From the IMG/VR virus record IMGVR_UViG_3300025687_000022: 64,000 bases of DNA; one strand, written 5' to 3'. A program made the translations under genes and the position numbers. Each line of letters begins with the position of its first letter. Position 1 is the first letter of the stretch. The stretch comes from a virus. Below, piece by piece: positions 41,252-50,372 of this stretch. The notes beneath the pieces were generated by a model. That model was not told the origin of the DNA, did not search any database, and saw nothing but the letters and a program-made list of their open reading frames with translations.

Positions 41252-41549
41252 CTTTCATTCCTTTGTCATCAATATAAAAATCACCAGATGGTTTGCCTAA
41301 AAACAAACGATGATATTTAACACCCCATTCTTTTAGTTGTGATTTTGTTAAAACCTCAAAAGCCTCATAAGCAAAAGCAATAGAATTTCCGCTTCTGCCC
41401 ATACCTCTTGCTGTTAAAAAATAAATGGTATGTCCTTGGTCATATAACTTATTTACAGTGTCTATTCTGTCTTGTAGAGGCTCTGCTCTTGAATATTTTC
41501 CATTAGTATTGGTGCAAATTGTACCATCTATATCAAAAACATATGTCAT
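41229..41549 (-). CDS. HAD-family phosphatase (capsule-biosynthesis type)
   Basis: FDIDGT, LTARG, GKP and YIDDK HAD motifs. Confidence 0.85.
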   Translation of the reverse strand: MTYVFDIDGTICTNTNGKYSRAEPLQDRIDTVNKLYDQGHTIYFLTARGMGRSGNSIAFAYEAFEVLTKSQLKEWGVKYHRLFLGKPSGDFYIDDKGMKDEDFFGN

Positions 41550-41938
41550 TGTAAACCTACCAATATATTTGTTGTTGAGTATCCTTCTATTCTATCAAAA
41601 AATTTTACTTCCTGCACATGTCTGGAGCCGATCACTCTTTTATCTTTGTAATCGGAACCTACCACCATTATTTCAGCACGACTTAAAAGAATCTGTGTAT
41701 CAAGCTCATCATCGTGGTTAAACACTCTTATTTCGTCAATGTACTTAATTGATTCAAGTAACATAACCCTATCTTCTATAGTGTTAAAAGGGCGCGACTC
41801 TCCCTTAGCGGCTCTAACTCTCTGGTCAGTATCAATTCCGACCACCAACCAATCACCAAGAGACTTAGCATATTTAAATAATTCTATATGTCCTCGATGT
41901 AAAACGTCAAAACAACCGTTTGTCCATATAACTTTCAT
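41546..41938 (-). CDS. hldC: heptose-1-phosphate nucleotidyltransferase (HldC/RfaE2-like)
   Basis: TNGCFDVLHRGH, KGESRPFN, VGSDY and YSTT; start refined to the ATGA overlap at 41938. Confidence 0.85.
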   Translation of the reverse strand: MKVIWTNGCFDVLHRGHIELFKYAKSLGDWLVVGIDTDQRVRAAKGESRPFNTIEDRVMLLESIKYIDEIRVFNHDDELDTQILLSRAEIMVVGSDYKDKRVIGSRHVQEVKFFDRIEGYSTTNILVGLQ

Positions 41939-42666
41939 ACTATAGTAACGCCTTTTTTCTGTACCACAATTGTAGCACATGTATTACCGAATTTTATAGA
42001 TTTATGAATATTTTTAGATTTTACATATTCGGCAACCATAGCAGCAATAAAAGTATCACCAGCACCCGATGTGTCTTTGATTTCTACTTTTGGTACTGGA
42101 TAAATCATATTATTATACTTTGCCCCATCTGATCCCATTGTTACTATTAGGGTGTTTAATATTTCTTCATCTAATATGTGTTTTGTTTTTTCATATTCAT
42201 CAAGGTTAATCTTAATATAATTTATGCTTTTACACCACGAGCCTAAAATCTTTTTTGTATCTAAAAATACACAATCATGATTTTCTCCAATAAACTTTAT
42301 ATCTTCTTCCGTAAGAAAACCTTTGTTATAATCAGAAATTAGAATAACCGCATACTGAGAAAAATCTATTTTCTTAATATCACATTTATCATAAGAATTA
42401 TCATTTTTATCAAGTCTCATAAACATATGATTTGTCTTTTCATCAATAAATCTAGTTTTTGTAATATTTTTAAAATTATTGTTTGTGTGTAGAGTGCATT
42501 CAACTTCTAGAGATTGTAGATTTTGATAAACATTATAAGCCATTCCTCCATTTTCAATTTTATACAAAGGATTAAAAACAGGTACGGGGGCTTCAGGACA
42601 CAACCTTTTACATTCTCCGTACATAAATATATCTAAACAACTCTCTCCTATAACAAGAACTGTCAT
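41935..42666 (-). CDS. hldA: heptose-7-phosphate kinase (HldA/RfaE1-like, PfkB family)
   Basis: RLCPEAPVPV, GGMAYNV, ISDYNKG and DTSGAGDTF. Confidence 0.85.
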   Translation of the reverse strand: MTVLVIGESCLDIFMYGECKRLCPEAPVPVFNPLYKIENGGMAYNVYQNLQSLEVECTLHTNNNFKNITKTRFIDEKTNHMFMRLDKNDNSYDKCDIKKIDFSQYAVILISDYNKGFLTEEDIKFIGENHDCVFLDTKKILGSWCKSINYIKINLDEYEKTKHILDEEILNTLIVTMGSDGAKYNNMIYPVPKVEIKDTSGAGDTFIAAMVAEYVKSKNIHKSIKFGNTCATIVVQKKGVTIV

Positions 42667-43829
42667 TATATATCCTTTATAACGTTGCAAATAAATTCTA
42701 TCTCTTCTTCGGTCAATTCGGGGTAATTAGGCACAAAAAATCCTCTAGAATGAATTGCATCGCTTTGAAAATCAGCGAATTCATTATACAAATCAATCCA
42801 AAATGGATGTCTTCCTAAATTTCCAGCACTAAAAATTCTTGTCTCGATACCGTTTTCAACCAAACGACTTACTATTTCTTTTCTATGTTGCGTACTGTTA
42901 GCTAAGGCACCAAAAGAAATAGATACCGGGTACTCAACTCCCCAATCTTGAAACTCAACATAGCCTTGAAGCTTTTTAGCATACAGTAAATGATTTCTAT
43001 TTCTGTTTTTAGATGCCCACTCTGCTTTTTTGATTTGTCTAATTCCCAAAAAAGCCTGCAAGTCTGTTGACCTTAAATTGTATCCGGGTACAAAAAATGT
43101 AAAAGGAGAATGAAAATCGTCAATATTCCTTTCTTTCATCATGTCACTATAAGTTTCCTCATCCAGATCTTTAGCCCAACCGTGACTACGCAACATTAAA
43201 AGCATATCATAAAGTTTCTTATCATTGACGTTTACCATACCACCTTCAATTGTGGAAAGCTGATGTCCAAAATAAAATGAAAAAGAAGACATATCACCGA
43301 TAGTACCAACCATTGTGCCATCACTATATCTAGCCCCAAGTGCTGCACAAGCGTCCTCTAGAAGTACAAAACCATATTTTTCTTTCAGTTTCAACAACCT
43401 TTCTTTATGATGAGGAACACCCAATACTTGTACAAATATAACAGCATCAGGTCTTTCGGTTTCACAAATTTGCTCCAACTGATCCAGATCAATACCAAAA
43501 GTTTTTGGGTCCGCACCACACATAATTGGGTGTAATCCTAGCTGAATAGCTGGTGAAATCGTTGTAACCCATCCAACCGATGGAACAACTATTTTCTTAT
43601 TTGGTATTAGACCACATTGAACTGCTGTGGCTATCATTAAAAGATTAGCCGAAGACCCAGAATTATTGAATACTGAATATTTTGTACCGATATATTCAGC
43701 CCAATCTTTTTCTACCTGTAAAGTCAAATCTCCTTTTGTTAGTCTAGGATAACTTTTTAGCCAATTGCACAGCGCATCGACATCTTCATCATTAATTGTT
43801 TCTTTAGCCAACGGATATCTTATTTTCAT
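42666..43829 (-). CDS. PLP-dependent NDP-4-keto-6-deoxyhexose 3-dehydratase (ColD/RfbH-like, DegT family)
   Basis: NSGSSANLL, EDAC and GYNLR; SFYFGHQLSTIEGG has His at the position of the usual Schiff-base Lys. Confidence 0.8.
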   Translation of the reverse strand: MKIRYPLAKETINDEDVDALCNWLKSYPRLTKGDLTLQVEKDWAEYIGTKYSVFNNSGSSANLLMIATAVQCGLIPNKKIVVPSVGWVTTISPAIQLGLHPIMCGADPKTFGIDLDQLEQICETERPDAVIFVQVLGVPHHKERLLKLKEKYGFVLLEDACAALGARYSDGTMVGTIGDMSSFSFYFGHQLSTIEGGMVNVNDKKLYDMLLMLRSHGWAKDLDEETYSDMMKERNIDDFHSPFTFFVPGYNLRSTDLQAFLGIRQIKKAEWASKNRNRNHLLYAKKLQGYVEFQDWGVEYPVSISFGALANSTQHRKEIVSRLVENGIETRIFSAGNLGRHPFWIDLYNEFADFQSDAIHSRGFFVPNYPELTEEEIEFICNVIKDI

Positions 43830-44353
43830 TTAATCTCCTTTAAAAATTTAGATTTTTTGTCTCGTTCTGATAAAACCGGCAATGCCTTTATTAAAGGCCA
43901 TTTAATGTCTAATATTGGTTCGTCCCATCTTAGAGAAAATTGGTTTTCTGGAGAAACATAGTTTTCTGACCATTTATAATAGAACAAGCAATCTTCAGTT
44001 AAACAGTAGTGTCCATTCAAGAAATTTTTAGGAATAAAAACAGCAAAATTGCTATCTTCGTCCATCTCTATCTCAAATTTTTGTAAATATTGTTCACTTT
44101 GTTTATCATAATTTACAATAGCTAAATATATTTTTCCTTTAAGGCAGTATATCAATTTATCATTTATTGAATCTCCGTGCAAGCCCCTTAATACATTTTT
44201 TTTTGATTTTGTCAATTTATCAATTTTAAAATCTGGAAATTGGTTTACATCAAATAAATTTGTGATATTTCCTCTATTGTCTGAGAAGTTTTCTAAATAT
44301 ATTTTATACACTCCATTTAATGGAAGCTCTTCTTTTACAAACAACATTTTCAT
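43826..44353 (-). CDS. rmlC: NDP-4-keto-6-deoxysugar 3,5-epimerase (RmlC-like)
   Basis: DNRG, NVLRGLH, NGHYCL, WDEP..DIKWP and LSERD. Confidence 0.85.
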   Translation of the reverse strand: MKMLFVKEELPLNGVYKIYLENFSDNRGNITNLFDVNQFPDFKIDKLTKSKKNVLRGLHGDSINDKLIYCLKGKIYLAIVNYDKQSEQYLQKFEIEMDEDSNFAVFIPKNFLNGHYCLTEDCLFYYKWSENYVSPENQFSLRWDEPILDIKWPLIKALPVLSERDKKSKFLKEIK

Positions 44354-44378
44354 ACAATATTGTACTCCACAAATCAGT

Positions 44379-45167
44379 TCATTTGTTATTATTTTGCATA
44401 TTATTATATGCTTTTATCATTCGATCTGCAACTATATTTAAATATAGATTTTTGGCTTGTTGCGCGACTAAATCATAATAGTACAAATTTTCAGGGTTTT
44501 TCATACCATCCATTTCCATATTGTTATAAGATCCCCCAAATCCTGATGCTCCATCGGTGGGATTCCGACTGAAAAAATCGGGGACTGTTCTCCACAAATC
44601 TATCCCGTAAGACTCATACATTAAGATATGCAATAATGTTTTCCAATTATCTCCATTACATTGCCAACCGTAATTTTGTAAAACTTCAATACATCTTACT
44701 GAAAAGCATGGCAAACTAACACCTTCATTGTGTTTCCATACTTCCATGATTTGCGGTTCTCTCCAGCGACCTTTATAAAGCTCTACTCTTGGACGGCGGG
44801 GACCAACAAAACAATATTCATCTTTTATTGATAAGATATCATCAATAAAACCTTTTTTTATAAATGTGAAATCATCAGCACAAAGTAGAACAAATGTTGA
44901 TTTTTGGTTTCTTTGTGAAAACAAATAAAAATGATCTAAATGAAAACCATGACGACCTTCGCCTCTTGACCAAACAAAAGTTTTAACACTAAAAGGAAAT
45001 TTATTAAAATATTCTTGAGGAGGGCGTAAATCATCATCAGAATCATATTTTATCAAAACCTCACAATTTTCCGCATTTCCTCCACATTGCTGTAAACTTG
45101 TCAGTAGTTGATCTATATTGCTATCTTTATTACCTTTTACTCTTGAAGTCAATATCAATGTTAACAC
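44379..45167 (-). CDS. putative GT-A fold glycosyltransferase
   Basis: TLILTSR start strand, EVLIKYDSDD and VLLCADDF (DxD-like); inside the sugar cassette. Confidence 0.55.
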   Translation of the reverse strand: MLTLILTSRVKGNKDSNIDQLLTSLQQCGGNAENCEVLIKYDSDDDLRPPQEYFNKFPFSVKTFVWSRGEGRHGFHLDHFYLFSQRNQKSTFVLLCADDFTFIKKGFIDDILSIKDEYCFVGPRRPRVELYKGRWREPQIMEVWKHNEGVSLPCFSVRCIEVLQNYGWQCNGDNWKTLLHILMYESYGIDLWRTVPDFFSRNPTDGASGFGGSYNNMEMDGMKNPENLYYYDLVAQQAKNLYLNIVADRMIKAYNNMQNNNK

Positions 45168-45177
45168 AAAATACCTC

Positions 45178-45948
45178 TCAAATTTCTAAATAAAATTTCT
45201 TCATATCTTCTAGATTATCAAAAACACTGTTTTTGTCATAGTAGTTGTTATTCAAATTACCAACCAGATTGTATAGAACAATCATATCGTAAACATCATA
45301 AGTTGTTTTAGCGTTTCTCCCAGCCCAATCCCACAAAGTAATTTCTCTGCATTCTATTGTTGGTTCCCCCATGTGACCAAGATAAATTGACATATAGTTG
45401 TCTGCTACATGGTGTAGGAAATGAGGATGAAATATTTTTTCTCCAAACAACTCATAAGTTTTTCTGTCCATTGTTGGGAATTTCATAATATAATTTCTAT
45501 TATGTTTTCTTTCGGCTTTGGTTATTGGGTGTATTACACTTGGCGGAACTAATTCGGCTGGTAATTTATAGTAATGCCCGTTATTTTTAACCGTAACTGA
45601 TAAGCTAGTAACTTTATATATTCTATCATAATATAAAGGAGATTGTAAGAAATTAATAACAGAAAACAAATTTTTTGACGGCAAATAATCATCTACCAAA
45701 ACACAAAGATAATCTCCATTTGCCTGAGAAGCAAGAAAATTAATTGGGCGTATTGATCCTTCGTTGTCAGTATCTTTAAAATATTTAATATTTTTACTAT
45801 CAATACCAGAATTGGTAGAAGAAACTAAAATTTCATAATCAAAACCCAAGCTGTCCATACGATTAATAGTTAATATTGTTTTATCTAAATATTTTTCGTG
45901 TGACCTGTTGGTTGGTATCAAAAAAGAAATATCTTTTTTACTTTTCAT
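45178..45948 (-). CDS. putative GT2-like glycosyltransferase
   Basis: ISFLIPTNR, YEILV and ANGDYLCVLVDD. Confidence 0.6.
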   Translation of the reverse strand: MKSKKDISFLIPTNRSHEKYLDKTILTINRMDSLGFDYEILVSSTNSGIDSKNIKYFKDTDNEGSIRPINFLASQANGDYLCVLVDDYLPSKNLFSVINFLQSPLYYDRIYKVTSLSVTVKNNGHYYKLPAELVPPSVIHPITKAERKHNRNYIMKFPTMDRKTYELFGEKIFHPHFLHHVADNYMSIYLGHMGEPTIECREITLWDWAGRNAKTTYDVYDMIVLYNLVGNLNNNYYDKNSVFDNLEDMKKFYLEI

Positions 45949-46477
45949 TATAATAATCACCCCACTCAACTAAAATGGTACTTTTTCCATCTGTCCTGTG
46001 ATATGCTTTATGATATGCTGGAAAAATATCTTCTGGCTCATCTAGTCTTATAACTTCTACTGTTGTCAACATATTTCTAAATGCATCGGTAAAGTCTCCA
46101 GTGTGTTGTATTTGCGGATTTAAAGGATTTTCAGACCCAATGCCAACCCGAATAATTGCTTTTGGAGCATATTCTCCGTGTGTATAAATTGAGTATTTGT
46201 CCAAATGATTAACCAATTGATTTACTGCTAAAAGAAGAAAATTCCAACGCGGGTATATACTAATCGGAACAGTTCCAGCTATGCTTAAGCCATTTGTGAT
46301 TCCCATTTGCATTTCTTCATTAACAGGCATTTCCAACAATTTATTTCTTGGAACTTCTTTCAAAGTATTTGTCATTGCCGTTCCTTTATATTCAACCGCT
46401 TGACCCAAAAATAAAGTATTATTTTGTTCTCCCAAATAAGACATAGCACGGCTTAATTCATCAAAATATTTTCCCAT
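45938..46477 (-). CDS. ThDP-dependent enzyme beta subunit (E1-beta/transketolase pyrimidine-binding domain only)
   Basis: LLEMPVNEEMQMG, AVNQLVN and QHT; lacks the transketolase C-terminal domain. Confidence 0.8.
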   Translation of the reverse strand: MGKYFDELSRAMSYLGEQNNTLFLGQAVEYKGTAMTNTLKEVPRNKLLEMPVNEEMQMGITNGLSIAGTVPISIYPRWNFLLLAVNQLVNHLDKYSIYTHGEYAPKAIIRVGIGSENPLNPQIQHTGDFTDAFRNMLTTVEVIRLDEPEDIFPAYHKAYHRTDGKSTILVEWGDYYNEK

Positions 46478-46489
46478 ATTGTTTTCTCC

Positions 46490-47101
46490 TTAAAATTGAA
46501 CTCTGATTCCAGCACCAGCATGAGGATATTTGTCTAATTTATATTTATAATAAGTAACATAATCGTCATTAATACCTTCATAAGTTAGCTTTTCCATATT
46601 CCATGTTGCTCTTGTGTCGGTGCAAACTGATTTTCCATTATCTTCAATTATAAAGTGTATCGGCAATTTGTGATTACGAGCATATTTTATACACTCATGG
46701 GCAGCGCCAGTCTCGGAAGTCATTTCTCCCATAAAACAATATACTTTATTTTTTCCGCCTCGACGTTTAATATCAATGGCTATGCCTAATGAAACAGACA
46801 ATTGTCCAGTTACAATTCCAGAACAAAGAATTTTGTGTTCTTTAAAACTTAAAGATATCGATCTCCCTTCTAAGATCGCTTCCTTCAATTGTTTTGGTGG
46901 AACACCTTTTAAAAGACACTGATAATGGCTTCTCCAAGAACATAAAACCCAATCTTCTTTTCCTATTTTATGTTTTTTAAAAACATCAATTATTTGTTCT
47001 TCATTACCATTATATAAATGAACAGGAGCTTTAATCATGGCTGAATTAAAACAATCTGCTATATCATTTTCGAATTCTATCAATTCTTCTTTTGTTAACA
47101 T
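46490..47101 (-). CDS. ThDP-dependent enzyme alpha subunit (E1-alpha-like)
   Basis: PVHLYNGNEE, WRSHY, GIVTGQ and a GE-x(n)-EDN variant of the GDG...NN motif. Confidence 0.8.
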   Translation of the reverse strand: MLTKEELIEFENDIADCFNSAMIKAPVHLYNGNEEQIIDVFKKHKIGKEDWVLCSWRSHYQCLLKGVPPKQLKEAILEGRSISLSFKEHKILCSGIVTGQLSVSLGIAIDIKRRGGKNKVYCFMGEMTSETGAAHECIKYARNHKLPIHFIIEDNGKSVCTDTRATWNMEKLTYEGINDDYVTYYKYKLDKYPHAGAGIRVQF

Positions 47102-48616
47102 TTAATCACCTAATATTTTCCTCTTTAATTTATGTTCGCACATTTTCACAATTCCATCGTGGGTTTCTTGACCGAATTTTTGCTTAATGTAACTTAGGTA
47201 TTTTGGATTTTGATAATACTCGTTAAAAGCATTATCTCTAAATTTTACTACTTCTGAAGAAGTAATATATTTTGTACTTAAAGGAAGTATATCATAGGAA
47301 TGCTGTGAATATCCACTATAAGTTTCTGGTAAGGGTAAATTATTTTTGATAGCATCCAAATATAGTCGTGAACCGGGGTATGCCATAGAACAATAAAAAT
47401 TGGCAAATTCACAATTTAAGTCTTTTGCTAGTTCTAAAGTTTCTCTCATTGTGCTGTGATCATCTTCCGGTAGACCAAAAATAAAATTCCCTATTACATT
47501 AATTCCAGAATCTTGTATTTCTTTAACTAAATCAGAAATCTTTACATCTGTAAACTTTCCTTTAACAACATCTTTTCTAACTACACCGTTACCAGACTCG
47601 ATACCAAGAGCTAACCATTCTATACCAGCTTTCTTTAGAGTGTCTAGGTAAGATTTTTTAACTGTATCAATTCTAGCATATGCCCAAATATTAAAATCAT
47701 ATTTTCTGTCTATTATTAGATTACACAATTTTAAAAAATGATCTTGATTTAAAACAAACATTTCGTCAGCAATTTTGATATTTCTAATCCCCATTTGATG
47801 TATCTTATCAAATTCATTTATAGCATATTCTGGATTCCAAAATCTAAATTTGTTTCTTTCATAATTCCAGTTCTCAACATTATTATTTCCAAACGGGGCG
47901 TTAATGCAACAAAAACTACATCTAAATGGACAACCCAAACTAGTATAAAGAGAGGCAAAAGGCATTGTTTGATTTTTGTTAGACATCCCATGCCAATTTG
48001 AAGTTCTATATTTTTCCATTGGCAACAAATCCCAAGCCATACCCGGAAGTTCTGTTTGCATCTCTTCTTGTGTTATTAATGGGGCAGGTTTAGTAAAACA
48101 AATTTTATCTCCATCCCTATACCATAAACCGGGAACCTTACTTAGCTGATAAGGATCCGATAAATTATCAACTTCCATTAATGCTGTTAATGTTCTGGGT
48201 CCTTCTCCCTGACAAACAAAATCAGTTTTTTCGTCTTGCATTGTTTTTCTAGAAACAGCAGACGGATAAAGTCCTGTTATTAGTACTTTTCTTTCTGGAT
48301 TGTTTTGTTTTAATATTTCTAAGCAATTGTGGACACCTAGCATATTCTGAGCCGATGCTGATGGCTGCTGTCCATAGACAACAAACACTACTAACTTTGG
48401 ATCAAAATCTTCTATTTTTAAATAACTTTCGACTGGACTTAGCTGCTCAGCCTCACAATCTAATATGGCTACATTTTCATATCCTTTCGAGCGGACATGA
48501 TTTGCCAACAAAGCAGCCCATATTGGTGGCTCTATAGCTGAGTATTTTTTACTCAGACTCTGATAAATTTGTTTTGAAGCATTCGGATGCACAAATAGAA
48601 TGTCCAATTTATTCAT
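47102..48616 (-). CDS. cobalamin-binding radical SAM enzyme
   Basis: N-terminal B12-binding-like domain (EPPIW, GEGP), GCPFRCSFC, LGIESG and FIFGLP; start refined to 48616. Confidence 0.88.
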   Translation of the reverse strand: MNKLDILFVHPNASKQIYQSLSKKYSAIEPPIWAALLANHVRSKGYENVAILDCEAEQLSPVESYLKIEDFDPKLVVFVVYGQQPSASAQNMLGVHNCLEILKQNNPERKVLITGLYPSAVSRKTMQDEKTDFVCQGEGPRTLTALMEVDNLSDPYQLSKVPGLWYRDGDKICFTKPAPLITQEEMQTELPGMAWDLLPMEKYRTSNWHGMSNKNQTMPFASLYTSLGCPFRCSFCCINAPFGNNNVENWNYERNKFRFWNPEYAINEFDKIHQMGIRNIKIADEMFVLNQDHFLKLCNLIIDRKYDFNIWAYARIDTVKKSYLDTLKKAGIEWLALGIESGNGVVRKDVVKGKFTDVKISDLVKEIQDSGINVIGNFIFGLPEDDHSTMRETLELAKDLNCEFANFYCSMAYPGSRLYLDAIKNNLPLPETYSGYSQHSYDILPLSTKYITSSEVVKFRDNAFNEYYQNPKYLSYIKQKFGQETHDGIVKMCEHKLKRKILGD

Positions 48617-48627
48617 TTTTTTATTCC

Positions 48628-49563
48628 TTAATAATTCGCATACCACGGTGATTCTATAATAGAATAAGCTTTTATCAATTGTATAATACCATCATCCAAA
48701 TCATATTTGCAGTCAAATCCTTTATTATAAATCTTCTGACTACTAACTTCATAATCACGAACATCTGGATCAGTATTTATTTCCGCTTTTATAATTTGTA
48801 AAGGTATGTGCTCTTGAATTTTTTTAGCTAGCTGTAGCTTATTCATATTTATTCCATCGTGACCCACATTATATGTCTCATTTTTACAATTATCCCAATT
48901 ATCAATTACAAATTTAAAAGATCTACATGCATCTTGTAAGTGCAAATAATTTCTCATAAATTCACATTCGTATAAAACTAATACGCCTTCTCTCAGTGCC
49001 TTAAGAACAAAATTATTTACCAATAGATCTGTTCTCATTCTAGAACCGGGTCCGAATACAGTTGCAAATCTAAAAGTGACATGATTTTCTATTTCTCGAT
49101 AAGCCTTTTCTGCCTGAACTTTTGTTGTTCCATATAGAGAAACTGGATTAAGAGGAGATTCTTCTGTACACATGGAGCCATCTTTGGAGGTTCCATAACC
49201 AGAATTAGTGCAAGGATAAATCACCATTTGATCTTTTGATTTGTTATCGGCAATCCATTGATTTACCTCATAATTTATTTCTCTTGCTCCTCGTTTGTCT
49301 TTTTCGCACAACGGGAAGCCGACTAAAGCTGCCAAGGGTATAATAACATCTGCTTGTGCCATATGCTTTCGTAAAAAATTTATATTTCTTACATCCCCTT
49401 TTTCAAAATTAAAATTTGAATCAACTGTATATCTTAACAGAGACGTAGCATCATACATAAGATTATCTATACAAGTAACTTGATGACCGTCTCTTAGTAA
49501 ATGTCCCGTCAATTCGCTACCGATATATCCAGCGCCACCTGTAATCAATATTTTTTTACTCAT
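48628..49563 (-). CDS. NAD-dependent NDP-sugar epimerase/dehydratase/reductase (extended SDR)
   Basis: ITGGAGYIG, YGTTK (YxxxK) and RFATVFG. Confidence 0.9.
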   Translation of the reverse strand: MSKKILITGGAGYIGSELTGHLLRDGHQVTCIDNLMYDATSLLRYTVDSNFNFEKGDVRNINFLRKHMAQADVIIPLAALVGFPLCEKDKRGAREINYEVNQWIADNKSKDQMVIYPCTNSGYGTSKDGSMCTEESPLNPVSLYGTTKVQAEKAYREIENHVTFRFATVFGPGSRMRTDLLVNNFVLKALREGVLVLYECEFMRNYLHLQDACRSFKFVIDNWDNCKNETYNVGHDGINMNKLQLAKKIQEHIPLQIIKAEINTDPDVRDYEVSSQKIYNKGFDCKYDLDDGIIQLIKAYSIIESPWYANY

Positions 49564-49865
49564 TAAAACTCCAATCTTCCAATTAAAATGTCTTTAAACA
49601 TAATCCAATCACACAATTTTGCTTTTATGGGGTGACTAAACGCGGCTGGTTTATTTTTTTCAAAAAAGTAATGCCCAGACCAAGCAAAAGGGTATACTAC
49701 AAAAGGTGCTAAAAACAACAATAACCAAAGTTTAAGGTATACAACCATAGCAATAAATATTATTGTTGCAATCTGTCCTAGTATGTGTGTTCTTCTGGTC
49801 CATCTATTTTGATGTAAGGTTAGATAATATTCATAATATTCACTAAGACTCATATCTTTATTCAT
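49563..49865 (-). CDS. DUF962 / Mpo1-like membrane protein
   Basis: YLTLHQ...RRTHILG and AWSGHYFFEKNKPA; start refined to 49865. Confidence 0.8.
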   Translation of the reverse strand: MNKDMSLSEYYEYYLTLHQNRWTRRTHILGQIATIIFIAMVVYLKLWLLLFLAPFVVYPFAWSGHYFFEKNKPAAFSHPIKAKLCDWIMFKDILIGRLEF

Positions 49866-50283
49866 TCCAACTAATCTCCCAATCTTTGAATTCTGCTGCC
49901 AGACAATCGATTTTATAATCTTTCCTGCCACCTACAATTTCTTGAATTTTATTTTTAGCAGTATTTCGAATTCCATTTAATCCGTGCGTCAACTCTAGAT
50001 TGTTGCCGTCTTTAATACCTTTACGGTAATTCGACTCGTTATGCCAAATGTGTAAATTCATTTGTGAAAGTACTACGATAGCTCTAATCGTTTTGGCATC
50101 AACTACCATATGTCCTTCTGAAGATTGTTTTTCTTCTAAAATCATCTGGATATCATACAAGATATCTGAAATTTCTTGTGCGTATTCATCTTTATGCTCT
50201 GAAATAAAGACTTCTTTTAACTGTGCGATACTAAGTCTGTCAACTAGTTCCGACAGTGTTGGGAGATATTTCCTATTTGTCAT
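49858..50283 (-). CDS. hypothetical helical protein, first gene under the cassette promoter
   Basis: ELVDRLSI...NLHIWHNE...NGIRN..KNKI pattern reminiscent of DUF4254/DUF6165-type proteins. Confidence 0.55.
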   Translation of the reverse strand: MTNRKYLPTLSELVDRLSIAQLKEVFISEHKDEYAQEISDILYDIQMILEEKQSSEGHMVVDAKTIRAIVVLSQMNLHIWHNESNYRKGIKDGNNLELTHGLNGIRNTAKNKIQEIVGGRKDYKIDCLAAEFKDWEISWNE

Positions 50284-50314
50284 TTGGGTGTTCCTTTTTT
50301 AATAGAATAAACAT

Positions 50315-50343
50315 ATTATAGCGCATATTAAACTGCATTTCAA
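50315..50343 (-). promoter_or_regulatory. sigma70-type promoter for the sugar-biosynthesis genes
   Basis: TTGAAA-17 nt-TATAAT in an intergenic gap, followed by SD AAGGA. Confidence 0.75.
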
Positions 50344-50372
50344 TATAATAATCATTATTCTTGTTATCACAT

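Noticed and set aside
45938-47101. Pyruvate dehydrogenase as a central-metabolism auxiliary gene
   Set aside because: Subunits are truncated, no E2/E3 genes are in the window, and they are embedded in an NDP-sugar cluster.
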